Below, in pieces: positions 1 through 8,100 of a DNA stretch of 54,439 nt. This DNA comes from a virus (Duplodnaviria > Caudoviricetes): the IMG/VR virus record IMGVR_UViG_3300025674_000054, positions 1-54,439 of that record. One strand, 5' to 3'. The translations under genes were made by a program, and so were the position numbers. Within the stretch, counting starts at the first letter, position 1; each line of letters begins with the position of its first letter. The notes beneath the pieces are model-generated. The model made no database searches. It saw only the letters and a program-made list of their open reading frames with translations, and had not been told where the DNA came from.

Positions 1-56
1 ACTATAGGTGCCATTACTATATTGATTTGGTATAATTTTCTACATTGGTTATTTTA

Positions 57-318
57 TAGGGTCTAGTTCTACACAAGTGTGACCAACTAGGGTACAAACC
101 TAACCAACGGTTAGTTGACTAACTGTATTGGTTACGGTTCTATATGTTGTATATGACCCTAAACTGTGGAGTGACTGTTCTAAATGCAAGTGGGTGTTAA
201 CCCCTTTACACCGCGCTCCAACCCCTTTCGACTCGACGAGTATATATTTGTGAACACCGCAATGTTCATAGGTGATCATAACGTTTCACTTGGGGATACT
301 GCAATGAAACATTAGTGA
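57..318 (+). ncRNA. candidate structured non-coding RNA of unknown family (may extend past the window start)
   Basis: No ORF of 60 aa or more. Nested stems: 57-63/155-161, 64-68/85-89, 97-114/119-139, 167-173/214-220, 193-197/208-212, 249-256/263-270, 276-292/302-318. Several need G-U pairs that form only on the + strand. Confidence 0.6.
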
Positions 319-360
319 CATTGAATATTTAACAATTCAGTTAAAATAATGTATAAAAAA

Positions 361-392
361 TTTGGATACATGAGTGGGGGTTCGTATATTTA
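361..392 (+). promoter_or_regulatory. early/host-sigma-type promoter (TTTGG-N15-TTCGTATATTTA)
   Basis: One of 8 copies with identical spacing, each just upstream of a gene start; resembles the Bacteroidota TTTG-N19..21-TAnnTTTG consensus. Confidence 0.75.
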
Positions 393-411
393 CGTGTTGA
401 TAATTAAGGTT

Positions 412-510
412 ATGGTTGAATTAAATAAATTGATTGAGCAATACAATAACGATGAAATTACGTTTGATGAGTATCATGCGGGATTAGATCGTATTGGTTG
501 GATGAAATAA
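412..510 (+). CDS. small hypothetical protein, 32 aa (MVELNKLIEQYNNDEITFDEYHAGLDRIGWMK)
   Basis: Manually translated; directly follows the promoter at 361 and has the AAGGTTATG start context also seen at 3609 and 46983. Confidence 0.65.
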   Translation: MVELNKLIEQYNNDEITFDEYHAGLDRIGWMK

Positions 511-545
511 TAAATATCAGACATATTAAATGTTACGGTGGTAAT

Positions 546-614
546 CCTTACCGCGGTGACACTTCCTTACGTGTACCTTACTACCCCCTTATTACATACT
601 GAATGCATACTTAC
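546..614. repeat. short phased direct repeats (C/A)CTTA(C/T) in a non-coding, C-rich stretch
   Basis: Copies at 546, 565, 576, 587, 609; CATACT at 595 and 606; mostly 11-bp multiples apart. Confidence 0.4.
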
Positions 615-777
615 TACCACCGTTGGCCATACCGCCGTACGCACATATAATACTATAATACCACGCGCGTTGATGTCCATATAGCGTGTATATGCAAAGA
701 AAAGGGTGTAGGGCCATTTATGAATCGAACACGAATCTATACCTCGGATTGTATATACTTATATTTAGGAAATAATT

Positions 778-801
778 AGCCCCCAATTAAGGGGGCTTTT
801 T
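778..801 (+). terminator. rho-independent terminator, possibly bidirectional
   Basis: AGCCCCC-AATTAA-GGGGGCT followed by a T-run, between convergent transcription units. Confidence 0.8.
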
Positions 802-883
802 CCATTTAACGCCAAATGTTAAAAATAGTAAAATGGCAACCTTCTTTTTTTAAAACCTCTTTGGCGTCGAGGAAAATATATAC

Positions 884-1486
884 TTATTCTATATAATCTT
901 GGAATACTTTTACGGCATCATCCCAATACAAATAACCATTATCATTACCTATAATAAAACATAAAGTCCATCTACCTACATTTGTAGGATTATATGATGA
1001 ATGGAATGTACCTACGTTTACTAAACTTGGTTTGTTTGTGTTTGCTTCATATATTAATTTGCAATCTTCTTCTTTCAACCTTATACTTCTATGTTGTAAG
1101 TAAGTATCCTTTAAACCAGAAAGTGCTTGGGTATCTTCATTACTCAATTCATTATCAAATTGATCATTATATTCTTTTTCATGATCAAAATTTAAAGGTT
1201 CCCACCACCTAGTAGTCCCTTCAGGTGGCCCATAAGAAATATTAATTTTAACATGATTATCTAACTCAGAATTATCTATATGAATAGGAAGTGATTTACC
1301 CCCAGGGGTAAAAAACACTTCAGTATTTAAAATACGTAAATTAAATTTATTTATAAAACTCTCTATTTGAGGATCAACATGATAAGGAATATGTTGATGT
1401 TTTAACTCTTTTAATGGAATATTACATATAGGAGGTTTTGTAATTTTAAAAGGTAAATTAAGATATCTATGATATATATTATTCAT
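884..1486 (-). CDS. cupin/2OG-Fe(II) oxygenase-like protein
   Basis: HxD motif (PIHID) then LVNVGTFHSSYNP..RW. Start moved to the ATG at 1486 (MNNIYHRY), overlapping the upstream gene's stop; ORF track gives 1522. Confidence 0.6.
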   Translation of the reverse strand: MNNIYHRYLNLPFKITKPPICNIPLKELKHQHIPYHVDPQIESFINKFNLRILNTEVFFTPGGKSLPIHIDNSELDNHVKINISYGPPEGTTRWWEPLNFDHEKEYNDQFDNELSNEDTQALSGLKDTYLQHRSIRLKEEDCKLIYEANTNKPSLVNVGTFHSSYNPTNVGRWTLCFIIGNDNGYLYWDDAVKVFQDYIE

Positions 1487-2288
1487 CTTCTTCAATTTGA
1501 GGTTTAATATAACCCAAAGCAATACCTAACTCATTTTTTCTTTCCTCCGTTGTTTCCCTAGAGTAATATTCACTTACCATTTTCATTAGTTCCTCATCCG
1601 ATATTACATCATTAACAGTATTATTTCTTAGATTTTGAGTTTGCATTTTTGAAGCATATGGATAAAACTTATCCTCATCAAACACGCTTGATCTATTCCA
1701 CATCGGATTCTCCTCTATCGGTTTACAATCTGGATGCATCCAACCTTTCTTTTTAACTATTTCCTCATCCACATAATGTCCTATGCTAATCATGATACGA
1801 TCTTTTTCCCCTTCAATTTTAGTAGTACCATGTAAATTCAACCCAGCTAAACATAACCATACTTCATTTTCCTCCACACCTAATGTTTCTCCAGATATAA
1901 TAGGTAATCCACCTTTAGTAGGTTTTTGGATCATAAAATTAAATCTAACATTGATTTTACCTTTACGATTAGCATCTCTATGTGGGGTAACTTCTTTACC
2001 TTCAGATTGCCAACTAACCATATAACCAAATTCATCTAATGGGGTATCTCTATCTAAACCATAATGGTCTAAAATTATATGATCAATTTCCTCAATAGCA
2101 TCAACATCAATCCCTACATATCTAATTTGATCAAAATCTTCTTTCCAAAAATTCTTCGATCTCATATTATCGGGTTGATTTTCCGGAGGTGGTGGTAAAT
2201 ATGTCTCTCTATTTTCCTTAGAAGACATCCAATCTCGTATATACGTAGTTAATTCCTTGTCAATAAATAAGCCTTTTGGTTTACTCAA
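1479..2288 (-). CDS. 2OG-Fe(II) oxygenase superfamily protein
   Basis: PHRD (HxD), LHGTT (distal His), DRIMISIG (RxxxS co-substrate binding). Confidence 0.75.
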   Translation of the reverse strand: MSKPKGLFIDKELTTYIRDWMSSKENRETYLPPPPENQPDNMRSKNFWKEDFDQIRYVGIDVDAIEEIDHIILDHYGLDRDTPLDEFGYMVSWQSEGKEVTPHRDANRKGKINVRFNFMIQKPTKGGLPIISGETLGVEENEVWLCLAGLNLHGTTKIEGEKDRIMISIGHYVDEEIVKKKGWMHPDCKPIEENPMWNRSSVFDEDKFYPYASKMQTQNLRNNTVNDVISDEELMKMVSEYYSRETTEERKNELGIALGYIKPQIEEDE

Positions 2289-2607
2289 AATTTATATCTT
2301 CGTTATTAATAATTTTTTCTATATCCATAAAAACAGTTTTACTGTTTAATGTTCCTTTATAATACCCATTTTCAAAATAAGCTATAGTTGGGTAATACCT
2401 TATTGATCTAGGATATAACATACTTGATTTTGGGAAAGTTCTTGCATCCACATAAACCATAGGAAGTAACCCACTTATTTCCCTTAACATAGGCTTTATC
2501 TGCTTACACCCCTTACAAGTTCTAGAACCAAAAATCACCAATAATTTTGGTGCTGTTATAAAACTAGATAAATTATCCCTAGTTAATTCAATAAAATTTG
2601 TATTCAT
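2281..2607 (-). CDS. thioredoxin-like protein
   Basis: CKGC (CxxC) after a hydrophobic strand, cis-Pro loop YPT, 108 aa. Confidence 0.85.
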   Translation of the reverse strand: MNTNFIELTRDNLSSFITAPKLLVIFGSRTCKGCKQIKPMLREISGLLPMVYVDARTFPKSSMLYPRSIRYYPTIAYFENGYYKGTLNSKTVFMDIEKIINNEDINFE

Positions 2608-3015
2608 TTAATACCTATTTAAAAAATTAGGATCTTGCCCTAATGCCTTTAAATTACTTTTTAACTGTTGAATTTCATTAATATTATTTGAAACAGTACT
2701 TGTTAATGATTTATTACTATCCGAAACCTTACCGTTTATAACATTTATAAATTCTTCTAATTCGCTTACCCTTTTATTTATCTCAGAAACAGACTCATAT
2801 TGATCTTTTTCCATATTCGCCTGAATGTCATTTATCAAAACATTTACATCCTGAAAATCCTGTTTAAATTCCTCATATCTAATAGAGGAGATATTCGATT
2901 GTGATTGATATCGCGCCAGTAAATCCGTATGTGAAGACTTTACCATACGTAATAATTTAACCCCATATAATATTCCAACAGATAAAACCCCACTTATAAA
3001 GTATAATATTTCCAT
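2608..3015 (-). CDS. membrane-anchored coiled-coil hypothetical protein
   Basis: N-terminal hydrophobic helix then heptad-rich segment; first gene behind the minus-strand promoter. Confidence 0.75.
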   Translation of the reverse strand: MEILYFISGVLSVGILYGVKLLRMVKSSHTDLLARYQSQSNISSIRYEEFKQDFQDVNVLINDIQANMEKDQYESVSEINKRVSELEEFINVINGKVSDSNKSLTSTVSNNINEIQQLKSNLKALGQDPNFLNRY

Positions 3016-3031
3016 TTTTCTACATTTTGAT

Positions 3032-3063
3032 ACAATATACGAACATTTATTATTGGGTCCACA
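3032..3063 (-). promoter_or_regulatory. early/host-sigma-type promoter (TGTGG-N15-TTCGTATATTGT)
   Basis: Reverse-strand copy of the bipartite motif, 16 nt upstream of the ATG at 3015. Confidence 0.75.
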
Positions 3064-3149
3064 TAATTTTTGTAATCTTCTTGTAATCGAGTAGTATATA
3101 CGGATAGATAGATGTGGATATGTAGAAGAGAAAAGGACGTCTTTTTCAT

Positions 3150-3160
3150 ATATTTATAAT
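3150..3160 (+). promoter_or_regulatory. putative late promoter ATATTTATAAT
   Basis: Motif recurs just upstream of 11 gene starts, many structural. Confidence 0.7.
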
Positions 3161-3170
3161 AAAATTTAAA

Positions 3171-3527
3171 ATGGCATCTTACACAGCAGAACAATTATAT
3201 GGAGAAGGAACACCTATAGAGGCTTTAACTGGGGGAGTTTCGTATGTTTTTACTATTACAAATACCACTAGTACTGGATCCGCTTATTTTACGGTTGAAA
3301 CCGTTAAAAATTATAGTGGTTCAAATGCTGGGGCCCCTACTAATGCTTTAGGTTCTTATGCTTCATTTTCCGATATTGATCAAAATACTTTAATTACGTC
3401 ATCTTATATTTCTTCTGTTGTAGTACCTGGCGGTGGAGGAGTATACCAATTTACTCCTGATGCTACTGTTGCTGTTAGTTCTTCTATGTTAAGAGGGACT
3501 GGTGGGATATCTCTTACTATTTCTTAA
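3171..3527 (+). CDS. putative virion structural/decoration protein
   Basis: Ser/Thr/Gly-rich beta-type sequence with 4 [ST][GAS]S motifs; late-promoter motif upstream. Confidence 0.6.
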   Translation: MASYTAEQLYGEGTPIEALTGGVSYVFTITNTTSTGSAYFTVETVKNYSGSNAGAPTNALGSYASFSDIDQNTLITSSYISSVVVPGGGGVYQFTPDATVAVSSSMLRGTGGISLTIS

Positions 3528-3544
3528 AATCTCCTGCGTACTTA

Positions 3545-3577
3545 TTTGGCTACCCAGGAGATCGTTCGTATATTTAG
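3545..3577 (+). promoter_or_regulatory. early/host-sigma-type promoter
   Basis: TTTGGCTACCCAGG...TTCGTATATTTAG with conserved spacing. Confidence 0.8.
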
Positions 3578-3608
3578 CCATAGTTAAAAAGTTAAAATAA
3601 TAAAGGTT

Positions 3609-3953
3609 ATGACAAGTACAGAAGTTAAAAATTTCAGAAGTGATTTTCAAAATGCAGTTACTCAATTGCAAAACAAGTATGGTGTTAACATTAATACAGG
3701 TACTATTCGTTACACAGATAGTGAATTAAGATTTAAAGTTACCGCTCGTAAAGGTAAAGTTACTCCTAAATTAACAAAAGAAGCTTTTCAAGTAGGCGAT
3801 ACAGTTAAAATTAACCATAAAAGTGCTATTGGTAAGCAATTTAGGGTTGAGAAAATTATGACTAAAAATATTAGGGTTACAGAAATTAATCCCCCTAAAG
3901 GTCGTATTGCAGGTATGGTTAGAGTTTCACCAAGTTTATTAGAAAAACTTTAA
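3609..3953 (+). CDS. hypothetical protein with C-terminal SH3/KOW-like segment
   Basis: FQVGDTVKI...FRVEKIMTKNIRV...VRVSPSLL; own promoter. Confidence 0.75.
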   Translation: MTSTEVKNFRSDFQNAVTQLQNKYGVNINTGTIRYTDSELRFKVTARKGKVTPKLTKEAFQVGDTVKINHKSAIGKQFRVEKIMTKNIRVTEINPPKGRIAGMVRVSPSLLEKL

Positions 3954-3970
3954 AAGTAATACACAGGTAG

Positions 3971-4002
3971 CTTGGCTCCCCAGGCTACCTTTCGTATATT
4001 TA
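3971..4002 (+). promoter_or_regulatory. early/host-sigma-type promoter
   Basis: CTTGGCTCCCCAGG...TTCGTATATTTA with conserved spacing. Confidence 0.8.
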
Positions 4003-4029
4003 TCCAGTATTAATTATTAAAATAAAGTT

Positions 4030-4833
4030 ATGTTAGATTTATCAAATGTTGAGTTTAAAAGTTTAGAAGAGTTAAAAGAAATTACTCCTAGTATTTTTAC
4101 TAAAACCCCTTCAGGAAATGTTACTAAAAAGTATACACATATTCCTACTGATCAAGTTATTAAAGATATGGAATTACTTGGTTGGGGTGTTGTGGATGCT
4201 AAAGAAGTTAAAGCTAGAAAAGATGTTGGTTTCCAAAAACACTTAGTTGTATTTAGAAATCCTGATGTTGTTATTAATGGTGATGATGGTGATACTGTTT
4301 TCCCACAAGTATTACTTACTAATTCCCATGATGGTAAAAATGCATTCACCTTTACTGCAGGTCTTTATAGAATGATTTGTGAAAATGGTTTAGTTGTTGC
4401 TGATACTGAATTTGAAGATTTTAAGGTTAAGCATATGGGTTATGATTTTGAAACACTTCAAGATACAATTAAAGATATTGTTGGTAGTTTAGATTTAACT
4501 GTTGAGTCAATGAATAAAATGAAAGCTACCGAGTTGAATGAAAAACAAATGTTTGAATTAGCTAAATCATTCCTTGATATGAGAGTTGAAGGTTCACTTG
4601 CTAGCTATACAGATGAAGCAATTGAGGATGTTTTAGAACCACAACGTAAGCAAGATAAAGGAAATGGCTTATGGGAAGTGTTTAATAGAGTTCAAGAAAA
4701 CATTATTGAAGGTAATTTCCAATATCATGTTGGTAAAGGAGCTCCTAGACAAGCTCGTGTAATTAAGAATTTTAAACAAGATCAAGTTCTTAATAAGAAA
4801 ATGTTTAGTAAAGCTTTAGAATTTGTAGCATAA
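4030..4833 (+). CDS. DUF932 family protein
   Basis: LLTNSHDG...AGLYRMICENGLV and LWEVFNRVQEN motifs typical of DUF932. Confidence 0.85.
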   Translation: MLDLSNVEFKSLEELKEITPSIFTKTPSGNVTKKYTHIPTDQVIKDMELLGWGVVDAKEVKARKDVGFQKHLVVFRNPDVVINGDDGDTVFPQVLLTNSHDGKNAFTFTAGLYRMICENGLVVADTEFEDFKVKHMGYDFETLQDTIKDIVGSLDLTVESMNKMKATELNEKQMFELAKSFLDMRVEGSLASYTDEAIEDVLEPQRKQDKGNGLWEVFNRVQENIIEGNFQYHVGKGAPRQARVIKNFKQDQVLNKKMFSKALEFVA

Positions 4834-5483
4834 TGAGATTATTTATTTACATTAGTTTAGTAATTTCCCTCCTTGCGTGTAGTAAGGAGGAGATTACTTC
4901 ATCTCCATATCCATGTTTAGATGGAGATTGTGATACTTTATTCTATATTGACCCAGCAGTTTCTCCTGGGGTTTATCAAGATGAAAATGGGTATTGGCAT
5001 ATTCAACATTGGGGATATCAATATTTTACTATTAAAGGTGAATTAGATGAAATCCATCCAGATTATATTATTAATGGTACTCCTTTAGTTGAAACTATAT
5101 TCGATTCTAATTATTGGCTTTGGATAGATGGGCTTACTTTTACAGTACCTTTATATAGTGTTCTAAGTTTTTTTACTAGTGGAGATTACTTAAATCCTAT
5201 TCCTGTTGGTGATTTAACTTATACTATTGAAAATATGACTGAACTTCATCCTCCACTTAATATTGTGGGTTATGAAGTTAGTAAACATCAATGTTTAGAT
5301 TGTCCCTATACTCCTACATTATTAGGTACACGTAGTAAATACACTACATTTCCACAACAACAAATTTTCTTTGATAGTCAAATGGTAGGAGATACAGCTA
5401 CTGTATTTATAAAAACTATATTTAATACAGATATAGGACCTAAAGTTGAAGTTGAAAAAGAATTTAAAATAGTATTTGAATGA
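4833..5483 (+). CDS. lipoprotein, putatively surface exposed
   Basis: Signal peptide with lipobox LLAC followed by SKEE. Confidence 0.75.
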   Translation: MRLFIYISLVISLLACSKEEITSSPYPCLDGDCDTLFYIDPAVSPGVYQDENGYWHIQHWGYQYFTIKGELDEIHPDYIINGTPLVETIFDSNYWLWIDGLTFTVPLYSVLSFFTSGDYLNPIPVGDLTYTIENMTELHPPLNIVGYEVSKHQCLDCPYTPTLLGTRSKYTTFPQQQIFFDSQMVGDTATVFIKTIFNTDIGPKVEVEKEFKIVFE

Positions 5484-5956
5484 GTTTAAGTAAAATTACA
5501 ACTAAGGAGGCAAAACAGTATATCCCATTAAAAGAAAATTATGGAAATACGGATTTAGAGCATGCTAGATATTTTACCCTAACACCCAGTGAAAAAGGTG
5601 ATGGATGGGAAACAGTAACGTATTATACCGATAAAAAATATGGTTTATATGCTGATAAAGGGGATGGAGATCAATGGGTTTATGTTTTATCAAACCCAAC
5701 AACCCCAGGTTTACTTAAAATAGGTTATACTAAAAAGTTACCTGAAGAAAGAGCAAAACAAATATCTGCAGCTACAGGTGTTGCTTTACCCTATAAAGTA
5801 GAATGGGCTTATCAATGTTTTAATGGTGAAACTGTTGAGCGTGAAGTACACCATAAATTAAAATCCCAAAGGGTAAATAATAGTAAAGAATTTTTCCAAA
5901 TTAGTTTGGAAGAAGCAAAAGAAGTAATTAACTTAATTGGAAATAAATTTAAATAA
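5480..5956 (+). CDS. GIY-YIG superfamily protein (T5orf172/MUG113-like)
   Basis: WVYVLSNP..PGLLKIGYT...EERAKQI...VEREVH...KEFF. Confidence 0.85.
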   Translation: MSLSKITTKEAKQYIPLKENYGNTDLEHARYFTLTPSEKGDGWETVTYYTDKKYGLYADKGDGDQWVYVLSNPTTPGLLKIGYTKKLPEERAKQISAATGVALPYKVEWAYQCFNGETVEREVHHKLKSQRVNNSKEFFQISLEEAKEVINLIGNKFK

Positions 5957-5958
5957 AA

Positions 5959-6138
5959 ATGTCGAAAGAAGAACAAAGAGCGGAATTAATTAATGATTTA
6001 ATTGCTGTTAATACAGTAATGGAAGAATTATGGAACTACCACCCAGATAATCCAGATAAAAAAGATGTAGTTACCGAATATAATACACTTCAGAATATTC
6101 AAAAGGATATTGAAAAAGAAATTGAGGAACTTAGTTAG
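5959..6138 (+). CDS. small hypothetical protein, 59 aa
   Basis: Manually translated MSKEEQRAELINDL...WNYHPDNPD...EIEELS; fills the gap before the tRNA. Confidence 0.7.
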   Translation: MSKEEQRAELINDLIAVNTVMEELWNYHPDNPDKKDVVTEYNTLQNIQKDIEKEIEELS

Positions 6139-6144
6139 TAAATT

Positions 6145-6229
6145 ACCTTGGTGGCGGAATTGGTAGACGCGCCGGACTTAAAATCCTGTGGGCTGAAAGC
6201 TCGTGTGGGTTCGATTCCCACCCAAGGTA
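6145..6229 (+). tRNA. trnL: tRNA-Leu, anticodon UAA (CCA not encoded)
   Basis: Acceptor stem ACCTTGG/CCAAGGT, D-arm GGCGGAATTGGTAGACGC, anticodon loop CTTAAAA, long variable arm, T-loop TTCGATT, discriminator A. Confidence 0.95.
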
Positions 6230-6230
6230 C

Positions 6231-6241
6231 ATATGTATAAT
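6231..6241 (+). promoter_or_regulatory. putative late promoter variant ATATGTATAAT
   Basis: One mismatch to the consensus, 11 nt upstream of the ATG at 6253. Confidence 0.5.
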
Positions 6242-6252
6242 TAAACGTTATT

Positions 6253-6597
6253 ATGTATATTTACAATGCTAAATGTTTAAGAGTTGTTGATGGGGATACT
6301 ATTGACGCTCAAGTTGATCTTGGTTTTAATACATTTAAAAAAATTAGAATTAGATTAGTAGGTATTAATACCCCAGAATCTCGTACTAGGGATTTAGAAG
6401 AAAAAGCTAGGGGATTAGCTGCTAAACAATTTGTAAAAGATATTCTTAAAAAACATAAAGATAATTTTATATTACAGTCTCAGGGTGTTGGGAAATTTGG
6501 AAGATGTTTAGGAGAAATATTTTTAGGTGATATTAAATTAAATGATTTACTAATTACAGAGGGACATGCTGTAGAATATTTTGGTGGAAAACGATGA
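6253..6597 (+). CDS. thermonuclease (SNase-like)
   Basis: RVVDGDT, IRLVGINTPE, GKFGRCLG, LITEGHA. Confidence 0.9.
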   Translation: MYIYNAKCLRVVDGDTIDAQVDLGFNTFKKIRIRLVGINTPESRTRDLEEKARGLAAKQFVKDILKKHKDNFILQSQGVGKFGRCLGEIFLGDIKLNDLLITEGHAVEYFGGKR

Positions 6598-7019
6598 TAG
6601 ATAAAGATAAGATTTTTCAATTATTTGTTGATGGAAAGGAAATAACTGATGAAAGTACAAAAAAAGAAGTATTTGATTTTATGAATGGTCCTTTTACTAA
6701 AATTGGGATGTTTGTAAAACTTATAAAAAATCATTATGTATTCCATCAAAAATTAGAAAAATTCCTTAAAAAAGAAGAACCAAATTATAATATAGAATCT
6801 ACTAAAGAGGCTTCTGAATTTACAGTTTATAATAGAGCTTGGTACTATATTAAACATATTGATATAGATGAACCCGATTGTATTAATGCTATTATTAATT
6901 TTGATTCTGAGTTGTTTTATAATGCTTTAGATAGTGCAATATCTTATTTTGAAAGAATAGAAGAATATGAAAAATGCGCCCATCTTTATAGAATTCAGGA
7001 ACTAGTAAAAGAAATTTAA
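6594..7019 (+). CDS. hypothetical protein with UVR-like C-terminal motif
   Basis: C-terminal YFERIEEYEKCAHL; ATGA overlap with the upstream gene. Confidence 0.7.
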   Translation: MIDKDKIFQLFVDGKEITDESTKKEVFDFMNGPFTKIGMFVKLIKNHYVFHQKLEKFLKKEEPNYNIESTKEASEFTVYNRAWYYIKHIDIDEPDCINAIINFDSELFYNALDSAISYFERIEEYEKCAHLYRIQELVKEI

Positions 7020-7025
7020 AAATTC

Positions 7026-7057
7026 CGTGACTTATTCCTTTTTTTCTCGTATATTTA
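7026..7057 (+). promoter_or_regulatory. early/host-sigma-type promoter
   Basis: CGTGA-N15-CTCGTATATTTA with conserved spacing. Confidence 0.65.
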
Positions 7058-7142
7058 TACCACGGGGTTTAGGAAAAAAGGGGGATAGATAAAGGATGTA
7101 AAATAGGGGGTAAAAATACCTCGGTTATAAATAAATAAAAAT

Positions 7143-7307
7143 ATGAGAAATAAAGATTACGTTATAAGGTTATTAGAAAAATTAGAGGGTAAATTATCAC
7201 AATTAGATTTTATGACTTCTAGACAAGAACCATTAGAAAATTTCAAAAATAAAATTACTGAAAGTAAAGAAGTAATTGAAAATATTAAAACTGAAGTCAA
7301 TAGATAA
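7143..7307 (+). CDS. small coiled-coil hypothetical protein, 54 aa
   Basis: Manually translated MRNKDYVIRLLEKLEGKL...IKTEVNR; A-rich start context. Confidence 0.7.
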   Translation: MRNKDYVIRLLEKLEGKLSQLDFMTSRQEPLENFKNKITESKEVIENIKTEVNR

Positions 7308-7326
7308 AATATTAATAAATTAGGTT

Positions 7327-8100
7327 ATGAAATTATCAGCAGAGCAAATCCAAGCAAATTGGGAAAGATTCCTATCTAACATTGAAGAACACATCCCAGG
7401 AAATAGAGGAGAACAATTACTTAATTTCTATAAACGTTATGAGGAACGTATAATCCTAATGCCAGCTGCTCATAAAAAAGAGTATCATGGTGCATTTCCA
7501 GGAGGTTATGTTGCTCATGTTAATAGAGTGGTTGATGGTGCCCTTCATTTATATGACACTTGGGATCATTTTGGAGCAGATATGACTACATTTACTAAAG
7601 AAGAATTAGTATTTTCTGCTATTAACCATGATTTAGGTAAACTAGGAGATAAAGACCATGACGCCTATATCCCACAGACTGATCAATGGAGAAAAGATAA
7701 ATTAGGTGAAGATTATATGTTTAATAAGAAATTAGCGTTTGCATCAGTACCTGATAGGGGTTTGTTTTTATTACAACAGCATGATATTTCTTATACGTTT
7801 AACGAAATGATAGCCATTCAAACACATGATGGTCTGTATGACGATGCTAATACTAAATATTTAAAAACATTCATGCCAGAACAAAAACCACGTACTTCAC
7901 TTCCATATATTCTCCACCAGGCAGATTTAATGGCTGCTCGTATAGAATTTGAACAAGAATGGTTACCTAAATTAAAGGGAGAAAATAGCGTGGAGCCCCA
8001 AAAGAAAAATTTTACATTGAAGTCGAAAACAAATTCGAAATCTAAGGCATTAAATACATTATCAAGCCCTGGATTAAAGAATATGCTAGATAACTTATGA
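7327..8100 (+). CDS. HD-domain phosphohydrolase (YhaM-like HD domain)
   Basis: PAAHKKEYHGAFPGGYVAH, AINHDLGK, THDG, LHQADLMA. Confidence 0.88.
   Translation: MKLSAEQIQANWERFLSNIEEHIPGNRGEQLLNFYKRYEERIILMPAAHKKEYHGAFPGGYVAHVNRVVDGALHLYDTWDHFGADMTTFTKEELVFSAINHDLGKLGDKDHDAYIPQTDQWRKDKLGEDYMFNKKLAFASVPDRGLFLLQQHDISYTFNEMIAIQTHDGLYDDANTKYLKTFMPEQKPRTSLPYILHQADLMAARIEFEQEWLPKLKGENSVEPQKKNFTLKSKTNSKSKALNTLSSPGLKNMLDNL

Noticed and set aside
1-340. Group I intron, tmRNA or RNase P assignment for the structured region
   Set aside because: No P7/S element, tRNA-like ends or GAGGAAAGUCC motif seen; kept only as an unassigned ncRNA candidate.
3130-3147. Small hairpin GAAAAGG-ACGT-CTTTTTC between divergent promoters
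   Set aside because: Weak AT-rich stem, single occurrence; not enough to call a terminator or operator.
994-3671. Short ORFs 994..1212, 1783..2025, 2994..3194, 3489..3671 and similar antisense ORFs elsewhere in the track
   Set aside because: Overlap better-supported genes or promoters; no motifs or start context.
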